A stretch of DNA of 64,000 nucleotides from assembly GCA_951406725.2 (NCBI GenBank), contig OX597821.1, positions 107,322,001 through 107,386,000 of the forward strand, given 5' to 3'. Each line of letters opens with the position of its first letter. Position 1 is the first letter of the stretch. Both the position numbers and the translations under genes were made by a program. Source of the stretch: Octopus vulgaris. Taxonomy: Eukaryota. The notes beneath the pieces are model-generated. The model was not told the origin of the DNA and ran no database searches. It worked only from the letters and a program-made list of their open reading frames with translations. Positions 14,270 through 27,613 of the stretch are shown in pieces.

Positions 14270-16355
14270 TTCAAATTTTGGCACAAGGCCAGCAATTTCG
14301 GGAGAGAGAATAAGCATTCAACTGTTTCTTATTTTATCGACTCCGGCGTTCAATTGGTACTTATTTTATTGACCCCGGCGTTCAACTGGTACATATTTTA
14401 TTGACCCCGGCGTTCAATTGGTACTTATTTTATTGACCCCGGCGTTCAACTGGTACATATTTTATCGACTCCGGCGTTCAATTGGTACTTATTTTATCGA
14501 CTCCGGCGTTCAACTGGTACTTATTTTATTGACCCCGGCGTTCAACTGGTACTTATTTTATCGACTCCGGCGTTCAATTGGTACATATTTTATTGACCCC
14601 GGCGTTCAACTGGTACTTATTTTATCGACTCCGGCGTTCAATTGGTACATATTTTATTGACCCCGGCGTTCAACTGGTACTTATTTTATCGACTCCGGCG
14701 TTCAATTGGTACATATTTTATTGACCCCGGCGTTCAACTGGTACTTATTTTATCGACTCCGGCGTTCAACTGGTACTTATTTTATTGACCCCGGCGTTCA
14801 ACTGGTACTTATTTTATCGACTCCGGCGTTCAATTGGTACATATTTTATTGACCCCGGCGTTCAACTGGTACTTATTTTATCGACTCCGGCGTTCAATTG
14901 GTACATATTTTATTGACCCCGGCATTCAACTGGTACATATTTTATTGACCCCGGCGTTCAACTGGTACTTATTTTATCGACTCCGGCGTTCAACTAGTAC
15001 TTATTTAATCGACCCCGAAAGGATGAAATGCCAAGATGACCTCCGCGGAATTTGAGCGCTGAACATAAAGACAAACGAAATGCCAGCTCACCTCATTAGC
15101 AAGTTAGTAATAACGCTTTCAAATTTTGGCAAACGGCCAGCAATTTCGGGGGTTGGGAGAAGTAGATGACATCGATCCCTGTATTTAATAGATACTTTCA
15201 TTATGGACCCTGAAAGGATGAAAGGTGAAGTCGAATTCGTTCGAAGTCAGAACATAAGAATAGACGAAATGCCGCTAAGCATTTTTCCCGACGTACTGAC
15301 GATTTTACCAGCTCGCCTCCTGAACAAGGAAGTAATATCAGCGTATGGTCAGCAATTTTAGGGGGAATGATAAATCAATTACGTCGACCCCCCAGCGTTC
15401 AAATGTTACTTATTTCATCGACCCCAAAAGGATAAAACGTAAAGTTGACCTCAGAGGAGTTTGAACTCAGGACGTTAAGACAGACGAAAGCACTTTACCC
15501 GGCGTGCTAACGATCCTGCCAGCTCGGTTCCTCACTAGTTTAGTAATATCCTTTCTACTAAAGGAAAAAGGACTAAAATTTGAGGATGAAAGGCAAAGTC
15601 GACGTCGGCGGAATTTGAACTCAGAATGTAAAGAACTGGAAGAAATGCTGCTAAGCATTTTGTCCGATATGCTAACGTTTCTGCCAGTTCAACCACTCTT
15701 TTAATTTTTTCTGCTATAGGCACAAGGCCTGCAATTTGGTTGGAGGAAACTACTCGATTACATCGGCCCCAGTGTTTCCCTTGTACCTAATTTATCGACC
15801 CTGAAAAGCGGCGAGCTGGCAGAAACGTTAGCACGCCGGGCGAAATGCTTATCGGTATTTCGTCAGCCGTTACGTTCTGAGTTCAAATTCCGCTGAGGTC
15901 GACTTTGCCTTCATCCTTTTGGGGTCGATAAATTAAGTACCACTTACGCACTGGGGTCGATGTAATCGACTTAATCCGTTTGCCTGTCCTTGTTTGTCCC
16001 CTCTATGTTTAAGCCCTTGTGGGCAATAAAGAAATAAGAAACGTTAGCACGCCGGGCGAAATACTTAGCTCTATTACGCCTGTCTTTACGTTCTGAGTTC
16101 AAATTCCGCCAAGATCGACTTGGCCATTCATCCTTTCGGGGTCGATGAATTAAGTACCAGTTGCATACTGATGTCGATCTAATTGGCCCCTCTCCTCCAA
16201 ACTTTTGGGCCTTGTGCCTAGACGAGATAAAAAATATTGTGACCTTGAAAGAAACGTCGACCTCGGCGGAATTTGAAATCAGAACGCAACGATGGGTGAA
16301 ATACCCCAAAGGATTTCATCCAGCGTGCTAACGATTCGAACAGCTCACACCGCCT
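14270..16355. mobile_element. Cluster of about 8 SINE family B copies or fragments, both orientations
   Basis: Repeated ATCGACCCCGAAAGGATGAAAGGCAAAGTCGACCTCGGCGGAATTTGAACTCAG core. Confidence 0.82.
14329..15014. repeat. 32-bp minisatellite, about 21 copies
   Basis: Unit TTATTTTATYGACYCCGGCGTTCAAYTGGTAC, within a family B SINE. Confidence 0.95.
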
Positions 16356-16922
16356 CTGCAATCTAGTAATACAAAAAAAAAAAAACGTTATATTCTAAAT
16401 TGCAATGTATTTCGCGTTTACAACCGAATCAAAATGTAATTTCCATGGCCCACCAGCTCAATTCTCAATCAAATTATATCAAATGAATTTTCGACCTGAT
16501 GGGATTTCGCATATAAATTGATATTGCAATGCCAAGTCACCTCTCGGTTCCAGCCAGGTTACTTTAGCTATCAATCATCTAAAGAACATCAAGTTTGATG
16601 AAGTAAACTTTATTTTTGTATAAATGTTGCATTCTCTGTGAGCTCTAGTTAGCAGATAAATAACAGCATTCCTTGGGCAAAGAAGAAATAAAAACAACGA
16701 TTTCTACTCAGTAAAAAAACACGTGACGCATAAAGTGAAGCAAATACAGTTTATTGGCAATATATCATCGAAAAGTGATGGAAATTTCGTTCTTCACTTA
16801 TGCGCTATAAGGAAATGATTAAAAAGATAACGAGAATTTTACTTTCATCCTCATCCTCCTCACCACCATCATCATCATCATCATCATCGTCGTCGTCGTC
16901 GTCGTGATCGTCGTTATTATTA

Positions 16923-16991
<69 letters not shown>

Positions 16992-17010
16992 CATTATTAT
17001 TATTATTATT

Positions 17011-17255
17011 GTGGAGGCGCATGGCTTAGTGGTTAGGGTGGCAGCATCACGATCGTAAGATTGCGGTTTCAATTCCTGGACCGGATGACGCGTTGTGTTC
17101 TTGAGCAGAACACTTCATTTCACGTTGCTCCAGTCCACTCACCTGACAATAGTGAGTAACGCTGCGATGGACTGGCGTCCCATCCAGCTGGGGAACACAT
17201 ACCACACGGAAACCGGGAGACCGGGCCCATGAGCCTGGTTAGACTTAAAAATGGG
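17011..17255 (+). mobile_element. tRNA-derived SINE family D
   Basis: GGAGGCGCATGGCTTAGTGGTTAGGG head; ACACTTCATTTCACGTTGCTCCAGTCCACTC body; copy at 62739-62970. Confidence 0.8.
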
Positions 17256-17261
17256 CAAAAA

Positions 17262-17309
<48 letters not shown>

Positions 17310-17492
17310 GTCTTTGAAGAGTTTTTTAACGCTGGAGATGTACTATAGTGTCAGCTGTTCACTACCAGTGAACTAAGGTAACACCCCTTATTTTTCGAGC
17401 ACCATCCGGATTATTTGAGCGGTTCCAAATAGTGCTGTTTTCTACAAGTGCTCCACCCTTTTTGCAGCGCATATTTGTTCCATGTACTTCCC
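17310..17492 (-). mobile_element. 3' end of a second R4/Dong/Rex6-like non-LTR family
   Basis: Minus strand: GKYMEQICAAKRVEHL*KTALFGTAQIIRMVLEK* plus a short UTR, embedded in (TTA)n on both sides. Confidence 0.7.
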
Positions 17493-17629
17493 CATTATTA
17501 TTATTATTATTATTATTATCATTATTATTATCATCATTATTATTATTAGTAGTATTATTATTATTATCATTATTATTATTATTGTCATCATTATTATTAT
17601 TATTGTCATCATTATTATTATTATTGTCA

Positions 17630-17660
<31 letters not shown>

Positions 17661-17665
17661 CATTA

Positions 17666-17726
<61 letters not shown>

Positions 17727-17738
17727 CATTATTATTAT
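17493..17738. repeat. (ATT/ATC)n microsatellite
   Basis: Direct reading. Confidence 0.95.
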
Positions 17739-18264
17739 GATTGTGGCTGGTCTGTTAACTTATTACAATTTTTATAAACTAGAAACTTTTAAGAGCTTTG
17801 GCAGTAGTCTTCGTTGATTTATATTAAATCTAGATGGAAAAATTACCAGACATATATTTGACTATGATATCATCATTGCCATTTATTAAAGAAGCTCCAT
17901 ATTGACTTGGAACTTTCTCAAAAGACCACTCTGGTTTCATGTTTCATTTTTTCCCCTTTTCAATTTATGTAAAGTGGTCAGAACAATTCTGTTGTCGTTG
18001 TTGTTACTGTTGTTGTTGCTGCTATGGTTAACTTAAGAATGGCACAGATATTTTCAGTTACACTTCGACGTTCTCGGTTATCCCTCTCATAGGCGCAGGC
18101 GTGGCTGTGTACTTAGGAAGCCTGCTTCCTAGCCATGTAGTCTTGTGTTCAATACCACTGAGCGGTTCCTTGGGCGACTGTCTGCGTTTTATAGCGCCGA
18201 GTCGACCGAAGACTTGTGAGTGAATTTGTTATACAGAAACTGAAAGAATCCACTCCTATATACA

Positions 18265-18378
<114 letters not shown>

Positions 18379-18720
18379 TAAATTAGAGATAAAACCACTA
18401 TTAGGCAAATCGAACAGTGAAACACAAACCAAAACATAGAAAAAAATTAATTAATATAATATACAAAATATATAAAATATAAAACTCAAAATTTAAATTA
18501 TTTAAATTTAAAGTTAAAAATTAAAAATTATTAATTTATATTTATAAATTTATATATATATATATATATTTATAAATATAAATTAATAATTTTTAATTTT
18601 TAACTTTATATATTTATTTATTTTTTATTTATTTATTTATTCATTGTTTTTATATTTATTTATTTATTAAATATATATAACTATCAAAAAGAATAAAAAG
18701 TAATATAAGATAAAAAGTAA

Positions 18721-18818
18721 AACCTCTACGATCTTTTCATGCCCATAACCTAATTCGAATAACAATAATTTAAATTCAGTTAATAATTCGAATTATGGTT
18801 ATAGTCAATCTTCAGGTT
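18721..18818 (-). ncRNA. Decayed hammerhead-like motif with long stem II
   Basis: Minus strand: CTGAAGA..TATAACCATAATTCGAAT..ATTCGAATTAGGTTATG..GAAA-AGATCG-TA; stem I is weak. Confidence 0.45.
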
Positions 18819-20141
18819 AATGATAATAGTTAAATAAATAATCAAATATATTTAAACAATATTTTTTTTAAGAAATAAATAAAATGATAATTTTTCTTAT
18901 AAAAAACTCTATTATCAAACTAGAAACTTTAACGATTATGATTACGTCATACAATCGATTATAATGTTAAATATTAATTTTTAATAGATAGAAAATGTAT
19001 TTATCTACTCAGATTTAATATGGCTTTAAAAAAACATAATAAACCCACAAATAATCTAATCACAGTTATAGTCAATATTTAATTTACCTAAATATTTAAC
19101 AAAAACAAATAAATAAAAAATAAAAAATAAAAAAAATAATCACTATTCATATTATTAAATTTATTTCAAATCAAATAATTATATAATATTTGAATAGTAA
19201 CTAAATTATCAATGAATATATATAAATGTATATAAATATAAGAATTAAGATCTAAAATTATCTCTATCAAAAAATATATATGCACTTATAATAAAAACCT
19301 AATAAATTAATTATTCATTATTACTTATGAAATATATTAAAAACTAAAATATTAAAGATGAAAAAGCAAATTGTAAACAAACAAACAAACTATCTCAAAA
19401 GAAAGCTATAACTAATTAACGATCCATATATCTCGTTGGCTAATTAATAACTTATAAAAACCTTATTGTTAAGAACTAAAATGAAATAATGAAATACATA
19501 TCTTCAACAAAGAAATACTTAATGAAATTATCAATCCGTAGTTATATAGTATCCAATAAATACTACTAATATATTTATCAATGAAAATACTACTACAAAT
19601 TATCAATTGAAAATAGCAATATATAAGTTATAATAGACGAAGTCAACTATTAGAGATATTTATGAATATACAAAATAGCTAAAAAAAAACATAAACACAC
19701 AAATATCCTTAACTCAGTTATAGTCCAAAAATTTAATTACCAAGTTAATTAACTAAAAAATATTTTTCATATATTAGATTTAAGTACACATCTAACAATT
19801 ATAAAATATTTAAAATAATAACTAAATAACTGTCAACAAATATATATTTAATAAAGACTAAAATTTATGCTATCAATAAATGTAAATACATGAAACCTCA
19901 CTTTAAAAAAACTCATATTACTATTAACGATCTATATATCTCTTTGGCTAAGTAAAGTCTTACAAATAAACGTAGACTTAAAATCTAATAATTATATAAA
20001 TAACTGCGATAACTAAATCATATATATATATATATATTGATAGAAATGGTAAGACAACAAAAGAATGAAAGAGACCTCGATATTATGTAAATAAAGGAAT
20101 TTATCTGTAAATGCCATATGTGACACTTATTCGGTAGCCAT

Positions 20142-20202
20142 GATAAAACTCCGAGTTTCGGATGTCGGGGTGGAAATACACGCCGCCATCTCTTCAGTTA
20201 TC
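20142..20202 (-). ncRNA. Type I hammerhead ribozyme motif, intact core
   Basis: Minus strand: GATAA-CTGAAGA-GATGGCGGCGTG..CACCCCGACATC-C-GAAA-CTC(G)GAG-TT-TTATC; stems I, II and III all pair. Confidence 0.78.
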
Positions 20203-20469
20203 CGGCCACCGGAAAAAATGCTACGAAAATGACAGTTAAACAATGGGAACTTACTGTGTGATTGACCGTTAAGACAAAAGGGGTATTTGAATGACCGCTA
20301 AGTGAGGAGAGGAAGTAAAAGTAAGGAGGTAAATATGTTCATAGTATTCGCGTAAGCACGCATGTCCAAACCTACACATGCGCGCCCGCACACCTACGTA
20401 CATGCGCCTATAAGTGTACACTCATCCACCCTCACTTGAAACACACACATTCTCACCCACACCATTCGC

Positions 20470-20513
<44 letters not shown>

Positions 20514-20990
20514 CCCTTACACACCCGCGCACCAAAAAGGTTCATACATACGTCTATATACGCACATGCACAAGAAAAACAGGGCTAAGGGCAACAATAC
20601 AGAAAAAAGGGTAAAGAATTATTAAAAATATAAGCAATACGAGTAAAATACAAAAATAAGAGGAATGACCACTAAAGTGGACACCTAATATGCTAAACAT
20701 AGATGTCAATTCACCATTACCACGAAGAGTGTGTTCTCAAGAAAAATCTCAGCAAAACGCCAAAATTTAAAATTGAGCAAGACAAATGAAAATATACGTT
20801 TTGCTGAGATTTTTCTTGAGAACACGCTCTTCGTGGTAATGGCGATTTGACGTCTATGTTTAGCATATTAGGTGTCCACTTTAGTGGTCATTCCTCTTAA
20901 TTTTAAATGTAACACAATTTTTAATCTTCCGATCTTTTAAATATGTTAAGCCACTGGTTTTAATTGATTAATATCAATTTCTCCCCTTAT

Positions 20991-21064
<74 letters not shown>

Positions 21065-21175
21065 TGTGTGTGTGTCTGTGTGAGTGTGTGTGTGTGTTTA
21101 TGCATGTTTATATAAAGGAAAGAATAAACAGAGTCAAAAGTAAGAGGGAGTACGATTCGACTGCTGTTTCATGAC

Positions 21176-21285
21176 TACTACACATGTTTCGATACAACAT
21201 AGATCCATACATATATACAAGATTTAGATTTAAATTAAGTAACGGTTAACCTGTATAATAGGACCTAGTTGTATTTCGTCAGGTG
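21176..21285 (-). ncRNA. Hammerhead-like motif with long stem II
   Basis: Minus strand: CAC-CTGACGA-AATACAACTAGGTCC..GGATCTATGTTGTATC-GAAA-CATG-T; the cleavage site and stem I are degraded. Confidence 0.55.
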
Positions 21286-22081
21286 ATATAAAATCGCTGT
21301 CTCCGTAAGTAAATGTTTGATTTCGATGCTATCACATCCAACTGGATCCTTTTTATTTTTCCCACACGAGGAATGCCAAAGCCTAGAATTGGTAGTATAC
21401 CCTAATACTGCTGGCTATCTGGTAATTCTAATGGTGAACGAGTTCTATTTTGTACTCTAATACGCTCTTCACAGAATACTTCTCAACTATATATATATAT
21501 ACTCTTTACTCTTTTAGTTGTTTCAGTCATTTGACTGTGGCCATGCAGGAGCACTGCATTTAGTCGAGCAAATCGACCCCCAGGACTTATTCTTTGTATA
21601 TATGTGTGTATATGTAAATATACATGTGCGTGTGTGTGTCTGTGTTTGTGCATGTATGTATGTATGAGGCTTTTTCACAGTTTCCCTCTATCAAATTTAC
21701 TCACAAATCATCTGCCTAAGGTGCCACGCAGTAGGACTGAACCCAGAACGTCATGGTTGTAAAGTTACCTTCTCAATCACAAAGCCAATTCCGCACCAAT
21801 ATACTAGGTTCCAGCGAGTTTGAACCCACGACATTGAAAGTGTTGGGCAGAAGTGAAAAAAAAGCACCGCGAAAGTTATACTTGTGGGTGCTGAAAATTT
21901 ACTGGCTCCGGTTAAATATATTCTCTCAAATTCACACAATCCTTGTAGCAGTCCTTCAGATTTTGTAAGTCTTCCAAAATAACTCGGAAGGTCAATGTCT
22001 CCAGCGAGGCCTTTCGTGACACCCTTAAAGCTAGGAAATTTTCAGCACCACTTTATAAATACATATGTGAATGTGCACTTG

Positions 22082-22548
22082 TACGAGGTGGTGCTTAAGA
22101 AGTTCTTGGTGTTTGGTAAAAGAAAATACTGGAGGATCAGTTAATTATGGTTCCATTCAACATAACCCCCACTCTATAGTTCTATATATAAGAGATGAAG
22201 AATTATATACATTATTTATATTATTTACATTATTTATATTCGACGGATATTTGCCCTAATCTTGTTTGTTGTTAACACAACGTTTCGGCTGATATACCCT
22301 AGGAATGAGAACCCAGGTTCGAAATTTCCCCAAGACACCTGATGAAGGCTGGAGAGTGAGGACAAATATCCGTCAAATGTAAATAATGTAATTAATATAA
22401 ATAATGTATAATCCTCACTCCGTTTCACTCACTTACTGCAGTGGTCCTTCAGGTTTTCTAAGATCTGTAAAAGAACTCTGAAGGTCGGGCCGCCAACCAA
22501 GCCTTTCGTGACACTCTTAGAGTCAAGAACTTTTCAGCAACCCTTCAT
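22082..22548. mobile_element. Mariner-type MITE copy interrupted by a hammerhead-family insert (~22180-22425)
   Basis: TACGAGGTGGTGCTTAAGAAGTTCTTGG..CAAGAACTTTTCAGCAACCCTTCATA. Confidence 0.6.
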
Positions 22549-22658
22549 AAATACATATGTATATGTGTACATGTGGAAGCGGCTCCTGAAATGTATATAC
22601 ATGTGTGTTTGTGTGTATGTAAGTATGTATGTATGTATGTATGTATGTATGTATATAT

Positions 22659-22839
22659 AGGCGCAGGAAGTGGCTGTGTGGTAAGTAACTTGCTTACCAA
22701 GCACATTGATCCGGGTTCAGTCCCACTCCGTGGCACCTTTGGGCAAGAGTCTTCTACTATAGCCTTGGGTGGATCAAAGCCATGTGAGTGGATCTGGTAG
22801 ACGGAAACTGAAAGAAGTCCCTCGTATATATGTATATAT

Positions 22840-22893
<54 letters not shown>

Positions 22894-23078
22894 ATGTGTG
22901 TGTGTGTATGTGTGTGACAACGGATGTTGGTGTGTTTATGTCCCCGTAACAGTTTGGCAAAAGAAACAAATAGAATAGGTACTATGCTTACAAAGAATAA
23001 ATCCCGGGATCGATTTGCTCGACTAAAGGCGGTGCTCCAGCATGACCGCAGTCAAATGACTGAAACAAGTAAATGAGT
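22659..23078 (+). mobile_element. SINE family A
   Basis: AGGCGCAGGAAGTGGCTGTGTGG head to GACTGAAACAAGTAAATGAGT tail. Confidence 0.85.
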
Positions 23079-23159
23079 ATATATATGTATAAGGCTTTCA
23101 CACAGTTTCCGCCTGCCAAATTTACTCACAATGAATCTGCCTAAGATTCCACGCAGTAG

Positions 23160-23378
23160 GGGTGGTGCTGAAATGTTCTTGGTTTTGGGTAAAAGAAAAT
23201 AAAGGAGGATCAGTTAATTACGACTTTATTCAACATATTCCCTTTCTCAGATTCACACACTTATTGCAGTGGCCCTTCAGGTTTTTTTAAGCTCTGGAAA
23301 AGAACTCGTAAGTTCGGGGTCCCCAACAAATCATTTCGTGATACCCTTAAAGCCAGGAACTTTTCAGTACCGCCTTGT
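23160..23378. mobile_element. Mariner-type MITE copy
   Basis: GGTGGTGCTGAAATGTTCTTGGTTTT..AAAGCCAGGAACTTTTCAGTACCGCC inverted ends. Confidence 0.65.
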
Positions 23379-23633
23379 ATTTAAAGAATGAATGTAGTAA
23401 GATGCATGAATTTTATTTTAAGAATGCAGTGTTCTGAAGTATTTTCTTGAATGCTTAGTACGGACACCTTCATGTCGTCATAAGCCATTGTTTCTACTTT
23501 TGCCTTTTGGTGTTTTCATGACGCCATATTTGAAAATGCAATTTCACAAGTGAATGCTGGAGAAGAATTTGTAAAATCTGATCAGATTAGACTTTGTTTT
23601 GCGATGCGCAGATACAGCAGACGCCATTATTGG

Positions 23634-23990
23634 GATCAGTTGGAGACAAAAGCTTCTCGATAACAATAACCGGCTAATGACATTATGCATGCAAAGAGAA
23701 TATGGACGACAAGATGATACAGTAGAAGACATAATCATGATCACGTTGAGACGAAATCTGTTCGATTTGCAATAATCGGCTGAGAGTATTAAGCATATTA
23801 AGAGATTATCGGTGAAACACTGATAGAGCAGGAGTCGCACTTATGATCAATCTGGTGTGGAAAATTTTTGAGAACAATAACCGGCTGATTGCATTCAGGC
23901 TATAAATTGATTATCGGTGACTCGCCGACAGAAGGGAAACCGCAATTGTGATCAGTCTGAGACGAAACCGTTTCCATAACAATAACTCTG
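23634..23990. repeat. Diverged ~105-bp tandem repeat, about 3.5 copies
   Basis: GATCA..GAGAC at 23634, 23739, 23845 and 23950, each followed by CAATAA(C/T)CGGCT-like sequence. Confidence 0.7.
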
Positions 23991-24966
23991 TCCTCAAATT
24001 TTGATTTTCATATGCAATGTTGGTAAAATCACGTTATTCATGGTGTGGTTTGTTAAAGAGTGTTTAGAAGTAATTTGAGGGTGATTTGGCTGCTAATTCT
24101 ACCATATCGATTGATATCGTAGCTTCTGTTTGTGTTTGACGGTATAATGATTTCTTCATTTTGATAACAGTATCTCATATTAATCAAATAGAAAATATGA
24201 AATTGTTTCAAGGTAACAGAATGGATGGCGCTGCATTAGAAATTAAGACGTGTGGCAACGATAAATACTGTTGAATTTGATAAATATGGCAGTTTTCTAA
24301 AAACGAAAATATAACACTGAATATAAAGCCATGTGAGTTTAAAAACGTATTTCAATTAAAGGAAATAAATCGCGAATTTTTTCAGGGGAAGCCAATTATG
24401 TACAATGTAATGATCTGTGTTTATATTTAGGATTACTTCATTAGGACGTGGTCAGTACCCCCTAAAAATTAATCAAACACAAACATTTAATTATCTATAC
24501 AATGGGTTTGCATTCAGCATGCAATATGATTACATTAAGGTAAAATTAATATTATACAACTGACAGGGATATATACGTATAGTGAGAAGTACAATTTTAT
24601 CGTGTTTATATTTCGGATTTCTTCATAAGGACACGGTCACTACTCACTACAAATTAATCAAGCATAAAATTTAATTATTCTTTTATTCTTTTATTTGCTT
24701 CAGGTATTTTACTGCGGCCATGCTGGAGGACCGCCTTTAATAGAGCAAATCGACCCCAGGACTTATTCTTTGTCAGCCTAGTACTTATTCCATCGGTCTT
24801 TTTTTTGCCGAACCGCTAGGTTACGGGGACATAAACAAACCAGCAAGTGTCTTCTACTATAGCGACGCTAATGGGGGACAAATGCACACAAACACAGACA
24901 CATACATACATATATATGTGAACCTTTGCTCAGTTTGTGATGGCACACTGATGTTGCAGAGAGAAA

Positions 24967-25265
24967 ATGCTGAGGGAATTTCATGTTGGACATTCTAGTA
25001 TTTCTAGGTTGAAAGCTTTAATGCGTAGCTACGTGTGCTGGCCAAAAATGGATAGATAAATCGAAAAGGGAATTAAAAAGGGAAATGTTATGGAGATAAT
25101 GATAATAATGGTACGCCCTCCCACGTGACGAGTGGTATGTGTTAGTCATTATAAATACTATCAGTCAGTATCAGTATAGTTAGAGAGTACAAAGTAGACG
25201 GTCATAGATAGTCGTGATCTTACTTGTCTTAATAACTATGCTGCTATATTGGAGTGAGCGTTACA
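24967..25265 (+). mobile_element. Gypsy LTR-retrotransposon relic: integrase Zn-finger fragment, PPT and putative 3' LTR
   Basis: MLREFHVGHSSISRLKALMRSYVCWPKMDR*IEK matches the HxGHxGxxxMKxxARxYVWWP motif. AAAAAGGGAAA (25075-25085) is followed by TGTTA..TTACA (25086-25265) with an internal TATAAATA. Confidence 0.7.
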
Positions 25266-26233
25266 ATGAAAGTCCAACGAAAGGATTACAACAAAAACAG
25301 TTGACAGGATTCTTGTTGATGAAATTAAAACATTGGTCGCGCTAGAATTGAAAAAAAAAACAATAATCAGCAATGAATAAGTATAATTTGGTAAATGCCA
25401 TATTTAACATTTTAGTATAAGACATTTCGATGCTATTCTCGAGAAATAATTTCCACCTAGATATGTGTGAAAACACATTTATTTTGGCGGCTGTGAAAGA
25501 CGTCATTGTATCGTAGGACGCATGTGTTTCTACGCTGTAAATCTAATTGAGTTAGCTCCTAAAAGGCCTTGTTTAACTATGGCGGCAATGTAATAAATAT
25601 ACAATATTTCGTATTGAAAGGAAACTGAAACTTTTTGATTATTACTTAATACTGGTTACATCCTAATGGTAAAAATCAAACAACGAATATTTATATTTAA
25701 GCTGTATATAACATCTTACGTTTTATGGAAATGCTTTCCATTTTACAAATACTGACCTCTCCTCATTGCATCAACAATTTTGGTTAGATTAGATTTTTCA
25801 TGTCGAATCCATTAAACATTTTAGCATAAATGTAAATACGTTGTAGAGAATGTATCAGTCATTTTGCACGCTAATCTAGTGGCTCTCAGCCATTTCTAAA
25901 AAAATCTAATGGCCCCTTTAATTACTATTTAATTCTGGTAGACCATCATCGTAATTTGATGGTTAAAAACTTGTTTTATAGGATTTTCTTTCAAAATTTT
26001 TATTTTGATTTTCACACATTAATTTGTGTAGGTTGAATCATGTAGAATGTAACAAAGCTGTTTACTGCAATAAACGCATCTTATGCAAAATTTATTCATG
26101 GACATTTTAAATTAACACTATCTATCTCCAATTTATTATTTTGCTTGCGTAGGCCCTCAAAACTCTTATATGGACACACCTCGAGTCATACAGGCCCCGG
26201 CTGAAAACCACTACTCTAAGTTATTCACTTTCT

Positions 26234-26470
26234 TATTTTATTTCTTTATTGCCCACAATGGGCTACACACAGAGGGGACAAACAAGGACAGACAAACGGA
26301 TTAAGTCGATTATATCGACCCCAATGTGTAAGTGGTACTTATTTAAGCGACCCCGAAAGGATGAAAGGCAACGTCGACCTCGGTGGAATTCGAACTCAGA
26401 ACGTAGCGGCAGACGAAATACCGCTAAGCATTTCACCCGGCGTGCTGACGTTTCTGTCAGCTCGCCGCCT
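26234..26470 (-). mobile_element. SINE family B with 17-bp TSD
   Basis: TSD TAAGTTATTCACTTTCT at 26217-26233 and 26471-26487. Confidence 0.9.
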
Positions 26471-26951
26471 TAAGTTATTCACTTTCTGAGACCAAGAGGT
26501 GCAGAGTCAGTTGTATTTATTCAATGATTGTTGCATGTGTTGCATTAATAGTTATACGATTGCGTTGAGAATTATGGTTATCTGACAAGGTCATGGTATG
26601 ATGAAAATTTATCTTTATCCAGAGTTGTTTCTATACCGCACAGTAAACTTAAAACATTTTTGAATCGTTTGTGTACCGGGCAAAATGCCAAACAACATTT
26701 CTTCCTCTTTTCAATGGCAGCCAGCTGGTGGAATCGTTAGCACGAGGGGCAAATTGCTTAACGGCTTTTCGTCTGTTTACACCTTTCGGGTTCAAATACC
26801 GCCCAGGTTGACTTTGCCTTTCAACCTTTCCTGGTCAATAAATTAAATACAATTTGATAACTGGGGTCGATATAATCGACTTACTCCCGCCCTCCGAAGT
26901 TCCAGGCCTTGTGCTGAAATTCAAAGTCAATATATGAGATACAATATATAT

Positions 26952-27327
26952 ACTCTTTTACTCTTTTACTTGTTTCAGTCATTTGACTGCGGCCATGCTG
27001 GAGCACCGCCTTTAGTCGAGCAAATCGACCCCGGGTCTTATTCTTTGTAAGCACAGTGCTTATTCTATCGGTCTCTTTTGCCGAACCGCTAAGTGACTGG
27101 GACATAAACACACCAGCATCGGTTGTCAAACAATGCTAGGGGACAGACACAGACACACATACATATACATATATATACGACAGGCTTCTTTGAGTTTCCG
27201 TCTACCAAATCCACTCACAAGGCATTGGTCGGCCCGGGGCTATAGCAGAAGACACTCGCCCAAGATGCCACGCAGTGGGACTGAACCCGGAACCATGTGG
27301 TTGGTTAGCAAGCTACTTACCACAGCC
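26952..27327 (-). mobile_element. SINE family A
   Basis: High similarity to 54499-54922. Confidence 0.85.
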
Positions 27328-27523
27328 AATAATATATTATTATTAATATTAAGGAGTCAATATCAGAAAACTCCTCAGAAAGATATACACGTATGAAAAA
27401 TAATTGTTGTATTAAAAATATATAAATAAATATAAATATGTATATAAACATATGTAAATATGTCTAAGTATAAATATATAATGTATATGACAGTTTTAAA
27501 GTTTTGAATTAAGTATTTAAAGC

Positions 27524-27613
27524 ATCTTACGATCGTTTCACAGAAGTGTTGTCTCTATAATGAATATCTATATTGATAAGCATTTATGGACAACTCTTCT
27601 GCTCTTCAGGGAT
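27524..27613 (-). ncRNA. Type I hammerhead motif with 14-bp stem II
   Basis: Minus strand: ATCC-CTGAAGA-GCAGAAGAGTTGTC..GACAACACTTCTGT-GAAA-CGATCG-TA-AGAT; stem III is palindromic. Confidence 0.72.

Noticed and set aside
14329-15014. CRISPR-like 32-bp repeat array
   Set aside because: Units are contiguous with no unique spacers, derive from a SINE, and there are no cas genes.
17011-17085. tRNA gene
   Set aside because: A/B boxes are present but there is no complete cloverleaf; it continues into a SINE body, as do the other tRNA-like heads.
24417-24680. ~80-bp duplicate at 185-bp spacing
   Set aside because: A real but ordinary old local duplication with no further structure.
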